DNA of 63,882 nucleotides from Pavona decussata (Eukaryota): NCBI GenBank assembly GCA_977016875.1, contig CDRNST010000104.1, positions 2,356,001 to 2,419,882 of the forward strand, read 5' to 3'. Shown piece by piece: positions 19,962 to 33,900 of this stretch (position 1 is its first letter; each line of letters starts with the position of its first letter). The notes under the pieces were generated by a model. It saw only the letters and a program-made list of their open reading frames with translations, ran no database searches and was not told where the DNA came from. The position numbers and the translations under genes were made by a program.

Positions 19962-22900
19962 ATGCCTGACCACATGCCTGTTACCACCTTGAAAGCTGAT
20001 TTTTGATCCTGTTACACATGCAGTGAATTAACCAGGATTGTAATTGTTCTAGTTTCTTTCCTTTGAGAAGAAAGGTGTAAATAGGGAAACGTCCGTGAAT
20101 CCGCTAATCCACCAAACGTTTTAACCAAAAAGAATTTTGCTCTAATCCGAATCCTCGAAACTTGAGCCTAAACGTGAACCCCTCGCAGTGTTTGAGCAGC
20201 TAATAACGTTAAGGATTATTCCAGTATCAGTGGAAGAGAAATCATTGAAACCAGTGACGAGTGGATGAAACTATCAATGTTTTCCTCCTGGGCCAGCTAT
20301 GGGGGGGGGGGGCATTTATGCATGTATTTAGGAAGACAGCTGAGCAAAATCCGTACCAGAAGGCAACCACACACGTCATTATCCTTTGCCCTTCGGCCAT
20401 CACAGTAATGCTTGACTTTTAGTACCCCAGCGTTCAGGATGTATTTTCGTTTCGGTAACATCCGACGGGGAGGGTCTGATCGAAGGTAAATGTTTTGAAG
20501 AAGTTCTATTGACACCGCTTGTGGCTGAATTCAAGGAATACCCATTAAACTTTATGTTTTAATACAAATAGCACCGGAAATATTTTTCTCGGTATCCCTT
20601 TATATGTCGTTAAAAATGATCTGCGATTTATGACATTAAAAAAGATTGTTGATTATCAGAGAGGTGAACTTTAATGGCCTAGAAAGGGAGAGAAAGGTTT
20701 CATTTTCAAACTTTAATAATATCAAGGGTAAATCGTTTGTTCTTTTGTTGGTGGGAACCTTTGGCACAGAGTTGAACAAGGGAAGAGCGAAGAGTGAAAA
20801 TTTCCCTATACCTCAGTAGCGTCTTGGATTTCTGTGAGAAAATTATTAAAACATTTGAAAACAAAAAATGTTAAGCCCAGGTTTGTTATTTAAGTCCGGC
20901 TATTAAGGCTGAAGATCTTCTTCCATCTTGTAAATTCCATCAGAGGTTTTAAGTTGGCGCTAATTCAAATTCCAAAACATCTAAGCATTGCATTTGGTCT
21001 GAATTTCTGTCCGGAAAAGGACCCAACTGTATACCATATCATGATGTATGTAGCTTCCTGTAGGAAAATCTGTTATATGGTTGAGAAATGTTAAAGTTTT
21101 TATATTTAAATGCTTTGGGAAAAAGGCGCAATTTAGTGGAAGTGAAAATTTCTAAACCAACAAAGACAAGCAGTGCAATTGTTTTTCAGAGCAAGCGACA
21201 ATGTAATTGTTAAAAATGTTCTTCAATTCAAGAGACATTATACATGTGAGTATTTTAGTTAATGTTTTCAAGTTTACGCTCCTTGCGGGGGTGAATAAGT
21301 TTGCGGATCGGCGGATTTGGCCAAAAATTTTGCTCGGTTGACGGATTCAAAGGATAATTTCTACAGTGGATTAGGGATTTTTGCATTTTTTTTTTCTTTG
21401 GACGAGATTTTGGATCTCATTTATTATTTTGTTCGGATAGCAGATTTCATCCTTCCTTATTTTTAGGCTTTTTATTAAGGCGCTTTGGCGTTGCGGTCGC
21501 ATCCATCAACTGTGAATTAAGATCAATGGATACTGCGCTTGGGGACGAGGTCCACTCTTTTATTTTTATAAGAACGTCTAATTTTTGGGCTGAGGCTAAA
21601 CGTTCTTATTTTTTGGGAGGCAATTGGAGTCTTAAAAAAGCTCTTAAGATGTTCTTATACTTTTAATAGTCTTGAATGAAAACTAAAAATACAGCCCAAG
21701 TCCGACACAAAATGAGATGTCCAACTATGAACCAGGCATGTGTCCCTTTAGCATTTGGGTTAATTGAACAGTGTAGACGGTAGATTTACATGAATTATTT
21801 TATCCGTATTCATACTGTTCATTTTAAATCGTTTGGTGAAAATAAGCCTGGGTAATGTTCTTAGCATGTTCTTAAATTTTACTGTTAATCTCGACCTCAA
21901 CCGACGTTCTTATAAAAAAAGATTCTTATATAAAAAAGAGTGTAGTATGTGTTGCGTGTTTTCAGCCGTTATGTGTCCGGAAATGAAATTGGATCCCAAT
22001 TCCGATGAAGCCAGGTGATATTTGTAGGGAAAAAAAAGTGTTGCCAACATCTTCCGAGCGTACCGCGGATTGACATCAAACTTATGAAAACGTAACTTTA
22101 CAACCTAAATCAAACAATAAATTAAAAAATTTATGAATTGCACTACGATAAAGCTATCCGAAGTTTATTAATACATTCAGATATTGACAAACCTTCAAAC
22201 CCACACTTGTTTGGGTTAAGCCGAAGTCTGTTTGCCAGGGATCGCATACTTTCCATGAATATTTGTTCCAGTATTTTTAAGCCTGCCATTAACCCATTTT
22301 GCCCCGGCACTTACTTAATTGAATTATCAAATCATTATTTTTGCTTAATACCGTTTTCGTGTATGTCTGTACCGAAACAATTAACTTTTCCAAAGTCTTT
22401 TAATGGTGTGGACATAGTAGTTTTAGTAAGAGTTCTTACATTACAAGTATCGTGTTTATAGGATCTAGGTTGATTATGAGTTCTCTCTGAATTCTTTCTT
22501 CAAATTAATGATCGCGAGTTTTGTTTGTTTAAACTAGATTTTATCACACTCTACTTATGAAGGGTTTTGCCTGTTGTTTGTAATAGTGCAGAGATGTCTC
22601 TAGGGGGACACCCACGCACCTGAAATTAAATAAACGCAAATATCTGTAGCAAATAATTATCATTATTTTAACGTCTAGACGATTTGTTTTCGAACTGGAT
22701 AATTCTAAAATGGAACGCCGTTGGCTTCCCCTTTAACTTTTTTTTCGGTATTTGTTCTCAAAAGTGTGTAAATGAGTCATTCGAGCTTTGTAAAGCTTAT
22801 CAAGAATTTCTGTCACGCGTGCCATTAAGTTAATACTTATAAGTAGACTTGAAACTTAGGTCCTCAACCGGAATCGTACAGTCTCAATCACACCGCAAGC

Positions 22901-23032
22901 TGAGCACACCAGAATTATACCAGGGGATATCAAACGAAAAGGGAGTTAATAACCTGCACGTATTCTGTGTTTTTCAAAGGCCAAAGGTTGATCAATATTC
23001 ACGGAGCGGCACGGCAGTTACAGTGTTAAGCC

Positions 23033-24951
23033 ATGGTACAGTTTTATACCCTTCAGATTTTGTTTGTTGTTGCTGCGTTAAGCTGTCTTCGAAACACACT
23101 TGTTTTTGGAGAAGGGGATTTGGAGTTTTCATCGAAAAACGCTGATGTTCAACAGCATCGATCTAAACGATGGCTTTGGGGCGGTAAGGTCACTTCTCTG
23201 TTTTGTTGCTGTTGTGCATGATTATCCATATCCTTTTAGTTTTTTTTTAATTTTTTCTTATTCAACGGTAATAAATGAAAACGGTGAATACAAACCCCTG
23301 CATTCTCAGGTTGAAACCAAAATTGGAGAATTTTTGAGTATGTGGTTGAAAATCCCATAGCGTGGCAATATAAGCTATTGAACGGTTCTTTGTTGTGGTG
23401 AAGATTAATGTTGCTCTATAGGGTGGCTCTAAGTTTTGAGTCTCACCGTATAAATGAACGCTACAGTACTGAGCAGTACTTTCCTGTGGTCGGTGCTGTT
23501 TTATGTACCATACAAAGTGGCACTTACTTTTGAGTCAATGGTTGCAATTCACAGGCGTGACCACTTAATGTTCCCGACCTTGGGGACTCTTATAAGAATG
23601 ACAACATGTATTGGGTGGATTATCCACCAAATAAAATCAAATGCAGTAGTAGAGAGTGCCTCCATTTTAATGGCTCTAAGCTGACTTTCTCAAGTGGTAA
23701 AGGGATGTAACTGTATTGCTCCGCCATTGAATCGTTCGCCGGTTAAGGTTCGGTATGCTTGCGCCTTGACAATCCACAGGCTTCCGTGTTTCGTCTTCAC
23801 CTTATTATCCGGTTTCTGTGTTCCACATTTATCGAGTACTTCAGTTAAACGCCGCTTTTACGATAATACAAAAGCACTCTGTGTCTGTTTAACAACTATC
23901 TCGAACTATTTGTTAGCTGAGTGATAATGGAAGAACCAACTGGGAACTGCAAGGAAACAAGTAAAGCGTGTTCGAGGAATTTTGCGTAATTCTGTCCAGA
24001 TTTTTATCAAGAAATTTATTCTTGCCAGATCTTAGAAGCTGATGTTGGATGTCGCCGTCCCAAAACTGCCTAGCCGGGAAATACGACATTTTTTATCCTC
24101 AAAAGAATGTGCACACTGGCACAACTCGTGCTTCTTCCTATGCTGCGAATGTTGAAGGTATTCGCTTCCTTCCCTCAATTTTGCGTAAAAAGATTGTAAG
24201 GCAATTTTTTCAAAATGTTCTCGTTAAAAAAGCTGACCTTTAACTACCGTTTCTGACATTGAATCCCACTTAAATGGATCCAATTTTCAACGGCCTAATC
24301 ACAATTTTCGAGTGGTCAACGCCAAATCAGTGTAACTAATTTGTTCAATTTAAACAGAATAGAACTCTGAGTATTCGAAGTAGTTAATTACCAAAATATA
24401 TCGTCGAGTTTAGTCGTGCAATCGGATTTGACATATTCTATAAGCTTCGCAAATAGGATTTTCAAGGTAAAATTAATGTGGTGTATACTATGACCCATAA
24501 ATTCCCTCTAACCTCCACAGGAAGGACTCAAAGTCGTGTTCACAATAATCAGTCAAAACACCTTGAATTGCGAACAGGCTTATCACCATAGCTGGTATTT
24601 ATTTTCAGTGTTGTTCAGAACTTTTTCACGAGTTCATGTTTGTGAGAATTGTGTGCATTTTACTTATCGATTATGTTGTTCAGGTAAAAATCGACGAACC
24701 GAGTAAGAACAAGATAAATCAGTGTTGCATAACATTTTAAACCCAGCATTACCTGTTTCTTGGCTTTAAAGTTCTTGTGCGTAAGTTCCACAGGGTGAAA
24801 CATTAATCTGCTTTTTTTGTTTTGAGAAATTAATTGTTCGTTAATTGGGTCGTTTAGATACTTTCCGTCCACAACTAATGCTTTATATATAAGCTTTCGT
24901 CACCCCTCAGTCAACCGAGAAATGGTCATCGATCGCTTTATAACTTTAGTC

Positions 24952-24989
<38 letters not shown>

Positions 24990-27900
24990 ATCAAGGATCA
25001 ATCTATTCCTCCTTTGCAGTGGATCGCACTCTATTAAAATCGTTGCTCATTCTCGAAAAGGTGGGTTACTTCACAAACCGATTAGCTCCTGCCGAGCAGC
25101 TTACCGCGTCTTTTCAGTAGCACGTCCCATAAAACGGCTTTGAGACGGCTTAGGGTCACCAGCTCAAACTAACGTCTACGAAATCAAGGGTCAAGTTCTT
25201 CTGCTTCTGCAGTTTTCGTAGCTATTTTAGTAAAGGGGAACCACTTTAAAAGCCGATTATAGCCACTGAACCGCTAAAAGGTACCGAATAGTTAATCTAT
25301 TTCCGTCTCCACGGTCTCACTTACGAATATAAGCTTTTGGAAGATTGCTAAACCTTACTCGGTATTCCCCCATTGCAGAGCTTTTAAAGAGGATCGAAGC
25401 GTTCCAAAGCTCTACTCAAGCGTTCAATTCTCAGACTTAAATCCCTCAAATTCAGAGATTTCTCAGTAAGTCACGTTTATTTTGCTTTATCATTAGAATA
25501 CGTGCTTGTATCCCACAGTAGTCAAGCGGGTTTCGTTCGGAATTTTAAGCCAACGATAAAAACCAAATAAAAATATTGACTTAAATTTCAGTTAGTTTTG
25601 GAATGCCTGTTTCTTCGCTCAAATCTACGGCAGATAAGTTTAAAATAACCCGAACTGTTGGTTTTTCTCAATGGAAACTCGTTTGCTTTGTTTTCTCCTT
25701 CTACGTGATGTCATCGATGGTTTTTGTTTATTTTCTTAGATTTTACAAAATCACAGCTGTTAATTTTTGGAAAACAAACGGTGTTGACTTTAAAAACAAC
25801 TTTTAAAAATCCAATTATCACGTTGTCTCGCTCCTTTAGGTTAGTGGATCCATTTATAATTGCTGGCGTCATGTTTACTGAAAATATCTTTCGGCTTCAT
25901 CTGTGAACCGTGGATTATGATCATTATATGTCCGATTAACATGACGTGTCACAAAGTATTCAGCAAATCCGGCGAATTGATGACGTCCAGTTTTAAAATC
26001 CAGTTTGGAAAACTATTCTTTATATACTGAATCACGTCGCGCACGACTGAGTAAAAAGTATTTTTGTTTGACGACGTGCAGTGAGTGCTGATGAGATTTC
26101 AATCTCAGACGCAATTAGTTGGACCACTTCAATCGAGTCTTTAAGATCACATTATGTACGGTTCTCCTTTCCCGTCAACGTGGAGTGGAAACTTTCAAGG
26201 TAACAGTCAGAGGAAATATACGCAGAAAGAGACGTTGCTGCAAATTTGATGAATATTAGTTTATCCCTTTCTGAACAATCTATTATTTTTTCATGAAAGT
26301 AAAGCTCATCGTACATACCATGCTCGCGTGCAGTATTTACTTTAATCCTTTTTAATATCCAGCTGTGGCCTACAATTCTCTATTACTAACAAACTCAGCC
26401 TCCGGTTATTACATGTACACTTTATAGTATTCCCACGTTCAAGTAACATTCTCGTGCCCAGAATCTGCGACTTAGTCGTTTAAGTCAGCGGTTTATCACC
26501 GGGACTGACCTGGCGAATATCTGCTGACCAAAGAACTCGTAGACTCTGCGTAAGAACTGGTACTGATACATACAGAAAACCTTTTTTGTTTTCCTTGGCT
26601 GTGCCATGTGCCTTAGTCGTTATCGTGCCTTATTTGCCTGCTGATTACGCACGGTTTTCAGTGTGGTTGACTAGGACTGTAAAATTCCGGGAATAGAAAA
26701 AGAAAAAAATATGTAACAATGATAATAATAAAACTAGGAACCCATAAATAGTGGGTTCCGGAATAATCGAAATCCAATCATTGCAAAAAAAAAAAAAAAA
26801 AAAAAAAGAAAGAAAAAAAAAAAGAAAAAAGTTGATTTGACTAGTCAGTGCGTACCTGTACGCTTGTTCGTCGTTTTGTTTACAGTTAAAATCATTCCGG
26901 TCTCCTAAAGCTCTTTTAAAGTTTTTCTTTTGTTTAAATAAGCTCCTATTTAACGTAATATTAAAGGAGATTATTGGAGGCGGCGAGACATTTGTTAATA
27001 TAGCGTAACGTTTGATCATGGAGAGAAAGCATTCCATTCTCAGAAAAAAAAAAAAAATCTTGTTGCCGATCTACGCTGAAATGTCTGGTCCCTTTTGAAT
27101 ATCATGATGATCGTTTCAAGTTGTTTTTCTTCTTTTTGCTGATTACATCTGTGATACATTTTATTGCACGATGAAGGACTTTTTTTAACATAGTTAAAAT
27201 CAATAAGGCCTAATTGAAACGTGGCATTCAGTTAAGCAGCGTGAAGTGTAATTCACTGAAATCAAATCTGCACTGTGTCTTTTTGGCCATTCAGTTATAA
27301 CGTGAAGTGTATTAGTTGTTTATTCTATGTGGTTATTGGCTTTTATTGGATTTACTGTGATATTTATCCATTTTTCTAGGGCTTTAATTACCTTCGTTGT
27401 GACTGCGCACTGAAATGCGTCAAACACTAATTTTGGATTGAACTTTATGTTTGATTGCGTCAAGGGATTTCCTAGAGTTACACGTCTTTGACAGGGTTGT
27501 TGTTTTCTTCATTCAAAATTATGAATCTGGAGAGTACTTTTCACGTTGTATTTTCTTATCCAAGATAAAGGCTGTGGCTTAATTCCCGGATGTGAGAAAT
27601 GCAGCGATGGATTGGTATGCAAGAAATGCAGGCGATCTTTCATACCTATTGAGTACGAAAGGAGCAGAAAGACGATTATCAGATGCAGCCGATCTTGTCC
27701 CGTGGGCTACAACATTACATCTAGAAAAGTGTATCCCAAGATTTGTGTGAGAACACAGCTTGGTAAGTAATACCATATTAGCGAATTCCAAACTCATAAT
27801 GTGATGTCAACGCCGGCTTAGCTGTCAACAGTCAAATGACTTAGTTTTTAACCTTCAAAAGACAAATGAGGAAGCTTTTTACTGTCAACTCCGGCGAAAG

Positions 27901-30900
27901 GACACATAGAGAGGCCGTTTACATTTGTAAACGCGCTGTTAGGAAATCTACCTTCACGGCGTAAAAAGGGTCATGGATTGTAAGCGCGCATTTTTGAAAA
28001 AGGTTTCTCAAATACATTAATAATTCATGAAAATAAAACAAATTAAGAATATCGGCTACCCTGAAGGAGGTTTGGAAATGTGATCCTAATTATCATAAAA
28101 TTTGGTCAACGTTTGCTTTGAATTTCTCCAAGAACTATTAAATGGTTTGTGAAGCTATATCAAACAGTCAATAGAGTCTTTCATCCAATATCCAAACGCC
28201 CCGAAGTTGGCTAAAATAACTCGGCTGCGCCTCATTTTTTCAATCCACTTCTTGGTGTTTGGAGATAGGATGAAACACTCCAGCACAACCTGATAGATTA
28301 CTTGCAAAGTGAATACTTTTCCAGAACATTTTCGAAAACGCCCATAACGCTTTTTCGTGTGGACAGCGTAAACGTATATTTTTGTAAACGTTAACGTTAG
28401 AGCATCGGCCCCAGTCTAGAGCAAAATCCATGTCGGAAAGATCTACGCATGTTCAATGAAGGTTAAGCGTTTTTGAATCGCTATTACTTTTTCGTATAGA
28501 CGGGTGAAAATGATCGAGGAACGATCGAGGGATTCGTGTGGACGTATTTATTTAAAGAAGAAAATGCGTTTAGAACTTAACGTGTACAGGTGTAGATGCA
28601 ATCTTCAAAGCTTTGTTCATATATCCATTTACATGAGACCCTCAATCATGCACATGCATTTTTCCACGGTATTTGCTACTGCGCTTTCCACGTCACTTGC
28701 TGGAAACATCGTAACACTCTAATAAACACCCTGTTTTGAAATGGAAAGATTCACAAAGCCTTTTTTGTTGTTGTTGATGCGACTGCAAGATTAACTCTAA
28801 CGCATTTTTTGCCATAGGTTCATTAACCAAACCTGTTCCAGATTCCCAGATTGTGGAGAGGCGTTCCAAACAAAATAAAGATGGCAAGTGAATCCGTTTC
28901 GTGTGTATTTTTCGTTTTATCTTGCCGGCTGCACCACAATCTGAGATCGAGGATGATCACGACTGCTTGCATTGCGTCTAATTCCATACTAATCAGAACT
29001 CCTACAATGGATCATGCCATATTACACATATTTCACTTGGGTGTCAGTTAATAAAGGCGCTTTTCACTTGACAGTCTGTCTCGCAATTCTGTTGCGTCGT
29101 TGCAAGACTTCAGTAAATTGTATGAAACGTTGTTGCCTAATGCAACGTTCCTTGAAATGATCATGTCTCGCAACGTCTTTGTTGCAGTCAACATTGTACA
29201 AAGTAGAACCGACTTGTTCTTCTTGCAACGATTGCGGCAACGACAAATTGTGAAATGTGTTCATTTCAGGGCACGTTATCCCAAGTAATGTTCGTGAAAC
29301 TTGTGTCGCAACAAAATTGCGAAACAAATTGCAAGAAAAAGTGCAAAATATAACAGTACCCTTATACCTTTCCTTGTTCAAAGCAACAGAGCAAACCGTT
29401 TAATTCTCGTTACCTATATAATGCATGCAGAAAGCAAACCAGTTTTCTCTAAAAGTGACATCCACATCATATGCTTTACATTTAGGTGCCTTACCTGTAC
29501 ATTAGGAAGTCAAAGAAATAGAAAGTAGAATGAACAAGGCCATGTTGAGATTATCGTTCTAATACTTTCTTACATTTTTCTACGTATAAGGATATAGATT
29601 TAAGTTATTGATTTTTAATCTTACGAAAAATTTAATATCAATGGTTGATTTCTGGAGGCAGGGCAAATCCAGTACTTCAAAAAGATGAGGCCCGGTTCGG
29701 TAAGTCGACGGGAGGAGGCGTAAACCCCTTGATGTTTCAAAGAGAGTTTGCAAAAATGGGTAGTTCTTTTTTGTTTTATAGGAGGGCGCGTGCTGAGAGG
29801 GTGAGGTGCTATTTCCTGTATTTGAGCACGCTATTAAGTGTTGGCTTAGAGTTTGTAAGTCCTTTTTGTTATCGCTGTAAACCGCCTTAGCTTGAACATT
29901 AACACTTACGGATGCATCCTGTTTGTTTGAAAGGTTGTATTGCACGGAATTGTGTTCACTGCCACCCACACAATCCAGGAAGCTGCCTGAACTGCAGTCA
30001 GGGATTTTACTCCATCCGGAAAAAGATCATGGGAAATGTGAGATGCGTCCGACAATGCCCACTTGGCTTCACGCCTACTTTGAAGAATGATGGGAAAAAG
30101 TTATGCAAAGATGCACAATCAAGTAAATATGATAAACAACTATTTAGCCGGCTGAACTTAAAATCAAGAATGCATGGGTATAGCAAAAAAAAAAAAAAAA
30201 ACATTTTTCTTGTGGCTTCTTCCCTTAGTTCTAATCCTCGAAGACACTATTTAATGCTTTATGTGCAATCCATATTTGAAAGATAAGGTCAGACACAAAG
30301 GCAGTTATGCGTTGGTGTAACAAATGGGTTTTGTTAAAGGAAGGATATACAGGTTTGACCAGTATATGCAATAGAAGTGTATGTAAAAATTGAAGGAAAC
30401 AATTTCAGGTAGATATTTTGTCGATAATGCATCCTATCACCACATCTTAGCTAAAGCCAAACTTGGAGAACATATGATCTTCGGTTAGGATTCTCCCCGA
30501 ATTTGCTTGAAGTTCTCCTTTGGGATTAAAAGAAAAAGTTGCCGACAAAAATAATATCTGGCACCCAGAGAACAGCTGATTTTTTTGCCCGAGAAAAACC
30601 GTAGTGTTTATTATTTCCATTCACTTTTTAGATGCAACTTGTATTGGTATGGATCGTTATTTATAATAACATGGTGCTGTTTGGATATTCTAAGCTCAAA
30701 TTATTTTTTTCTTTCCCATAACTACTTGAAGCTGTTCTTGTGATTTCAAACGTACAGGTTAGCAAGTTTCAATGTTCGCGCTGTTATATATTTAGCAAAA
30801 TTACGACTTTTTTTGCTGCTTGCAGAATGCCAATCCGTGGTACCCAACTGTGCAAAGTGTCTCGACCCTTTACGTTGTCGAAAATGTAAGAGTGACTTTC

Positions 30901-33900
30901 ATGCTTTCTTCAACAAATCCGGAATGGTTTGCGTTCGGAGTTGCCCAAACAACCTCGTTGCTCACAACTCAAGCTACTTTGGAAAATACTGCAAGAAACC
31001 AGTTGTAGGTAAATAGCGAAATGTTTTGCACCGTATAGGGGAAGAGGTGGGGGGAGGGAGGAAAGTCTCACTGTGTCCACAGGTGGTCCATATTGCCACA
31101 GTTTAACTCGATTCTTGTGGCATGGATTGATCGAAGCATCTAGGAATTTACGAACCTCTCCGTCCTAGGTCACTTAGGATACAAGCCCATAGACCTTCCC
31201 AAAGTCCCTCACTTCTCTTTTCCAGTCTGAGAGGTCCCGACGCGAAGGGCGAGGTCCACGGTTCTCCAAAGTTTTTTTCTAACGTTTTACTGGTGCCTTT
31301 TCGTACACATGGGTGAAAAGTGATACTTTGGAGCCGATAGAGCCAGTTTGAAGAAAGGAAACAACGCAATGACGGAGACCAATGCTTAAATAGGCCATTT
31401 CCGAGTTGCCTGTAGCCTCCTTTTCAAACCGAGGGTATGTGCGAAATCTTTCATGAAATGAGTTTATTCACATGTAAATAAAACTCATTTTCATATGAAA
31501 GACTTCGCACCTGCCTTCGGCGTAATAAAAATGAGGCTGCAGGCAAATCGGAAATGGTCTATTGCCACATCTGATGGGACACTGAATGAACTTCCAGGGA
31601 TACTGTGACGTGCTTAGACACACACCTTCGTATACAGTGAATCAGGCACACTTGAAAAATGTAACGTTCCTGGACTCTTGAACCCAGGAGTGCTTTGGAT
31701 GTAACTGTCTAGGATCCGTGAAGTGTATATTTACTCATGTATAGTTCCTCGATTCTTTATAGCGTCAAAAGGGGACAATATATAAACAACGTTTTTCAAC
31801 AAGCTAGCGAACATGCCAATAAACAATTAACTGGCAAAGAAACAAGCCAAGAAGCCAGTCAGTGTTCTGTAGTACGGAGAAATAATCATTGATCGCCACT
31901 AGAATTTACTTTTCTCAGTAAAAGATGATTTATCATTCCGTTTTGCTACAAACAGGATGTAAAACTGTTGCTAACTGTGTGAGATGCCCCGATAAGATCA
32001 ACTGTCGCAGATGTGAGTCTCGATACTTCAGACTAAAAATGTTCACTTTCTCCAACTCAACTTGCGTTTCTTCTTGTCCTCGTGGCTTTGCCAAGAAAGG
32101 AAGGAGATGCCACCGTGTTATGGAAGGTAACTAATATTGGTGACATGTACAAAAGTGAACAGAGCTGAATTCTAATATAAACGAGAGAAGAAGCTGAGGT
32201 TTGAGATATTATGGGTTAAATACAATTACGTCATCAATCAATGATAATTCATGAACAGAAAAAAAAGTGAAGGAGGTCACGAAATGTGGTATTAATCATC
32301 AATAAGTTTCGTGAACTGTTGGAAAAGTAAAGTGGCAAAATAAAGGAAAAGTCACAGTAACTGCTGTAAAATTAAAGAAATTGATAAAGACAGATTTTAA
32401 GTGCAGAAAAATAATTGTACTTATTTAGGTCTAGAGAAAGAAAATTCAATTTCATATTTTTTGTAGATGGCTGTTTGGACGAGCATTGTTTGACTTGCAA
32501 AGAGGGATGGTTTCGTGTCAACTACAATAAAAGGCGCTGCCAGCGCAAGTGTCCCAAAGGTTATTATATTCTTGGAGCCAAACAAAAGTTCTGCCTGAGT
32601 AAGTGTTATTTACGTGTTAATAGCGCATGGGGATTTTACATTAGTTCTGTTGCATACATGAATATCGTTGGAGTTTAACTAAACAACATCATTTCGCTAT
32701 AAGTCGCTTACAGGGCGTTTCAATTGAGTTTCTAAAGTACTAACGCATTTGCTATGGTTTGGCTCGACTACACTCTACGATTGGTTGACAAAAACTCGTA
32801 CTACTTTCTCAACCAGTCAGAAGTAAAATCGAGACTAATCGTAACTTGCAATTGCTTGCACACATTTTCCCGCGTTTGACGACTTTGTCATGTACTTGCT
32901 TCGAATTGTGATTGGCTCATTACGCTGTTTGCGTCTGTTGCCATTGGCCAGGTTTTACGATTGGTTTTACGACACTCAACTGTTCTATTTAACTAATCAC
33001 CCCAACCCCAACCCGTATCCAATGACAACACACGTATTGGCAGTTTCTTGTTCATCGGCATTGTATGGAGGAAGAAGGATTATTGATTAGCCTCTGCCCC
33101 AACTGATTCCTCCAAGGCTTTGGATTGACTTCTTTTAAAAATTGTCTTTAAAGAAGAAAAGAGGAAGAGGGGGAACTTTTCTGCCTTCTTGTCTTTCTAA
33201 ATGTGTGTCCGATACTAACCAAGTAAAGATTCGGAGCTTTGAGGAATTGCTTTAGTATTTAGGAATTTTAGAAAATTTTCGACAACACCTGTCAGTACTA
33301 TGGATTGCTAGGAATAACTTCCTGGAAGTAATGGGTGCCTCTTGATCAAGGCAGCGGGATTTTTTAAATAATGTTGCCTCAATATATCAAATTAGTGTGA
33401 TACTACAGCCCTGTGGCGTAACTGAAAGCATGGCGACCGCCTTTATTATATAGTAGATGTGTTGGTGTAATAATTTTGGGCATTTTAAGGAGGAAGTTCT
33501 GTTATAAAAGGCCTTGCCTCCCTGCATTTTACACGTTTGGGATTGTGAAATGCAAATTGAGACTTTCTTCGGACGTGGCACGTTGAAAGCCTGTTGCAGG
33601 GTTCAAAATGTTTGCTTGGCGCCGCTGTGCAGGATTTGGACACCTGGAAAAGGCTCGCGTATTGATAGCTCTATCGTCCGGTGTGAAAAAGGAGTCCTTC
33701 AAAATTTCATTCAAACCAAAATTTCACCACCCTTAAGAGGGTTTAGCCCCAAAGTTTATCAGAATTGTCGCTAATGATTGTAGAACAGACGCACGCGGCT
33801 TCTTAGTCAAGTTGTTTATTTTAATGTGGCTGTTTGGCATGCACTTTGAGGTGAAAATGGCCAGTCCAGCCACCTTTAAAACAGAGCGTCCTGTTTCAGA

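Noticed and set aside
33387-33774. Overlapping short ORFs in an intron of the Fu-repeat gene
   Set aside because: No Fu cysteine pattern, no recognisable domain and no convincing splice sites.
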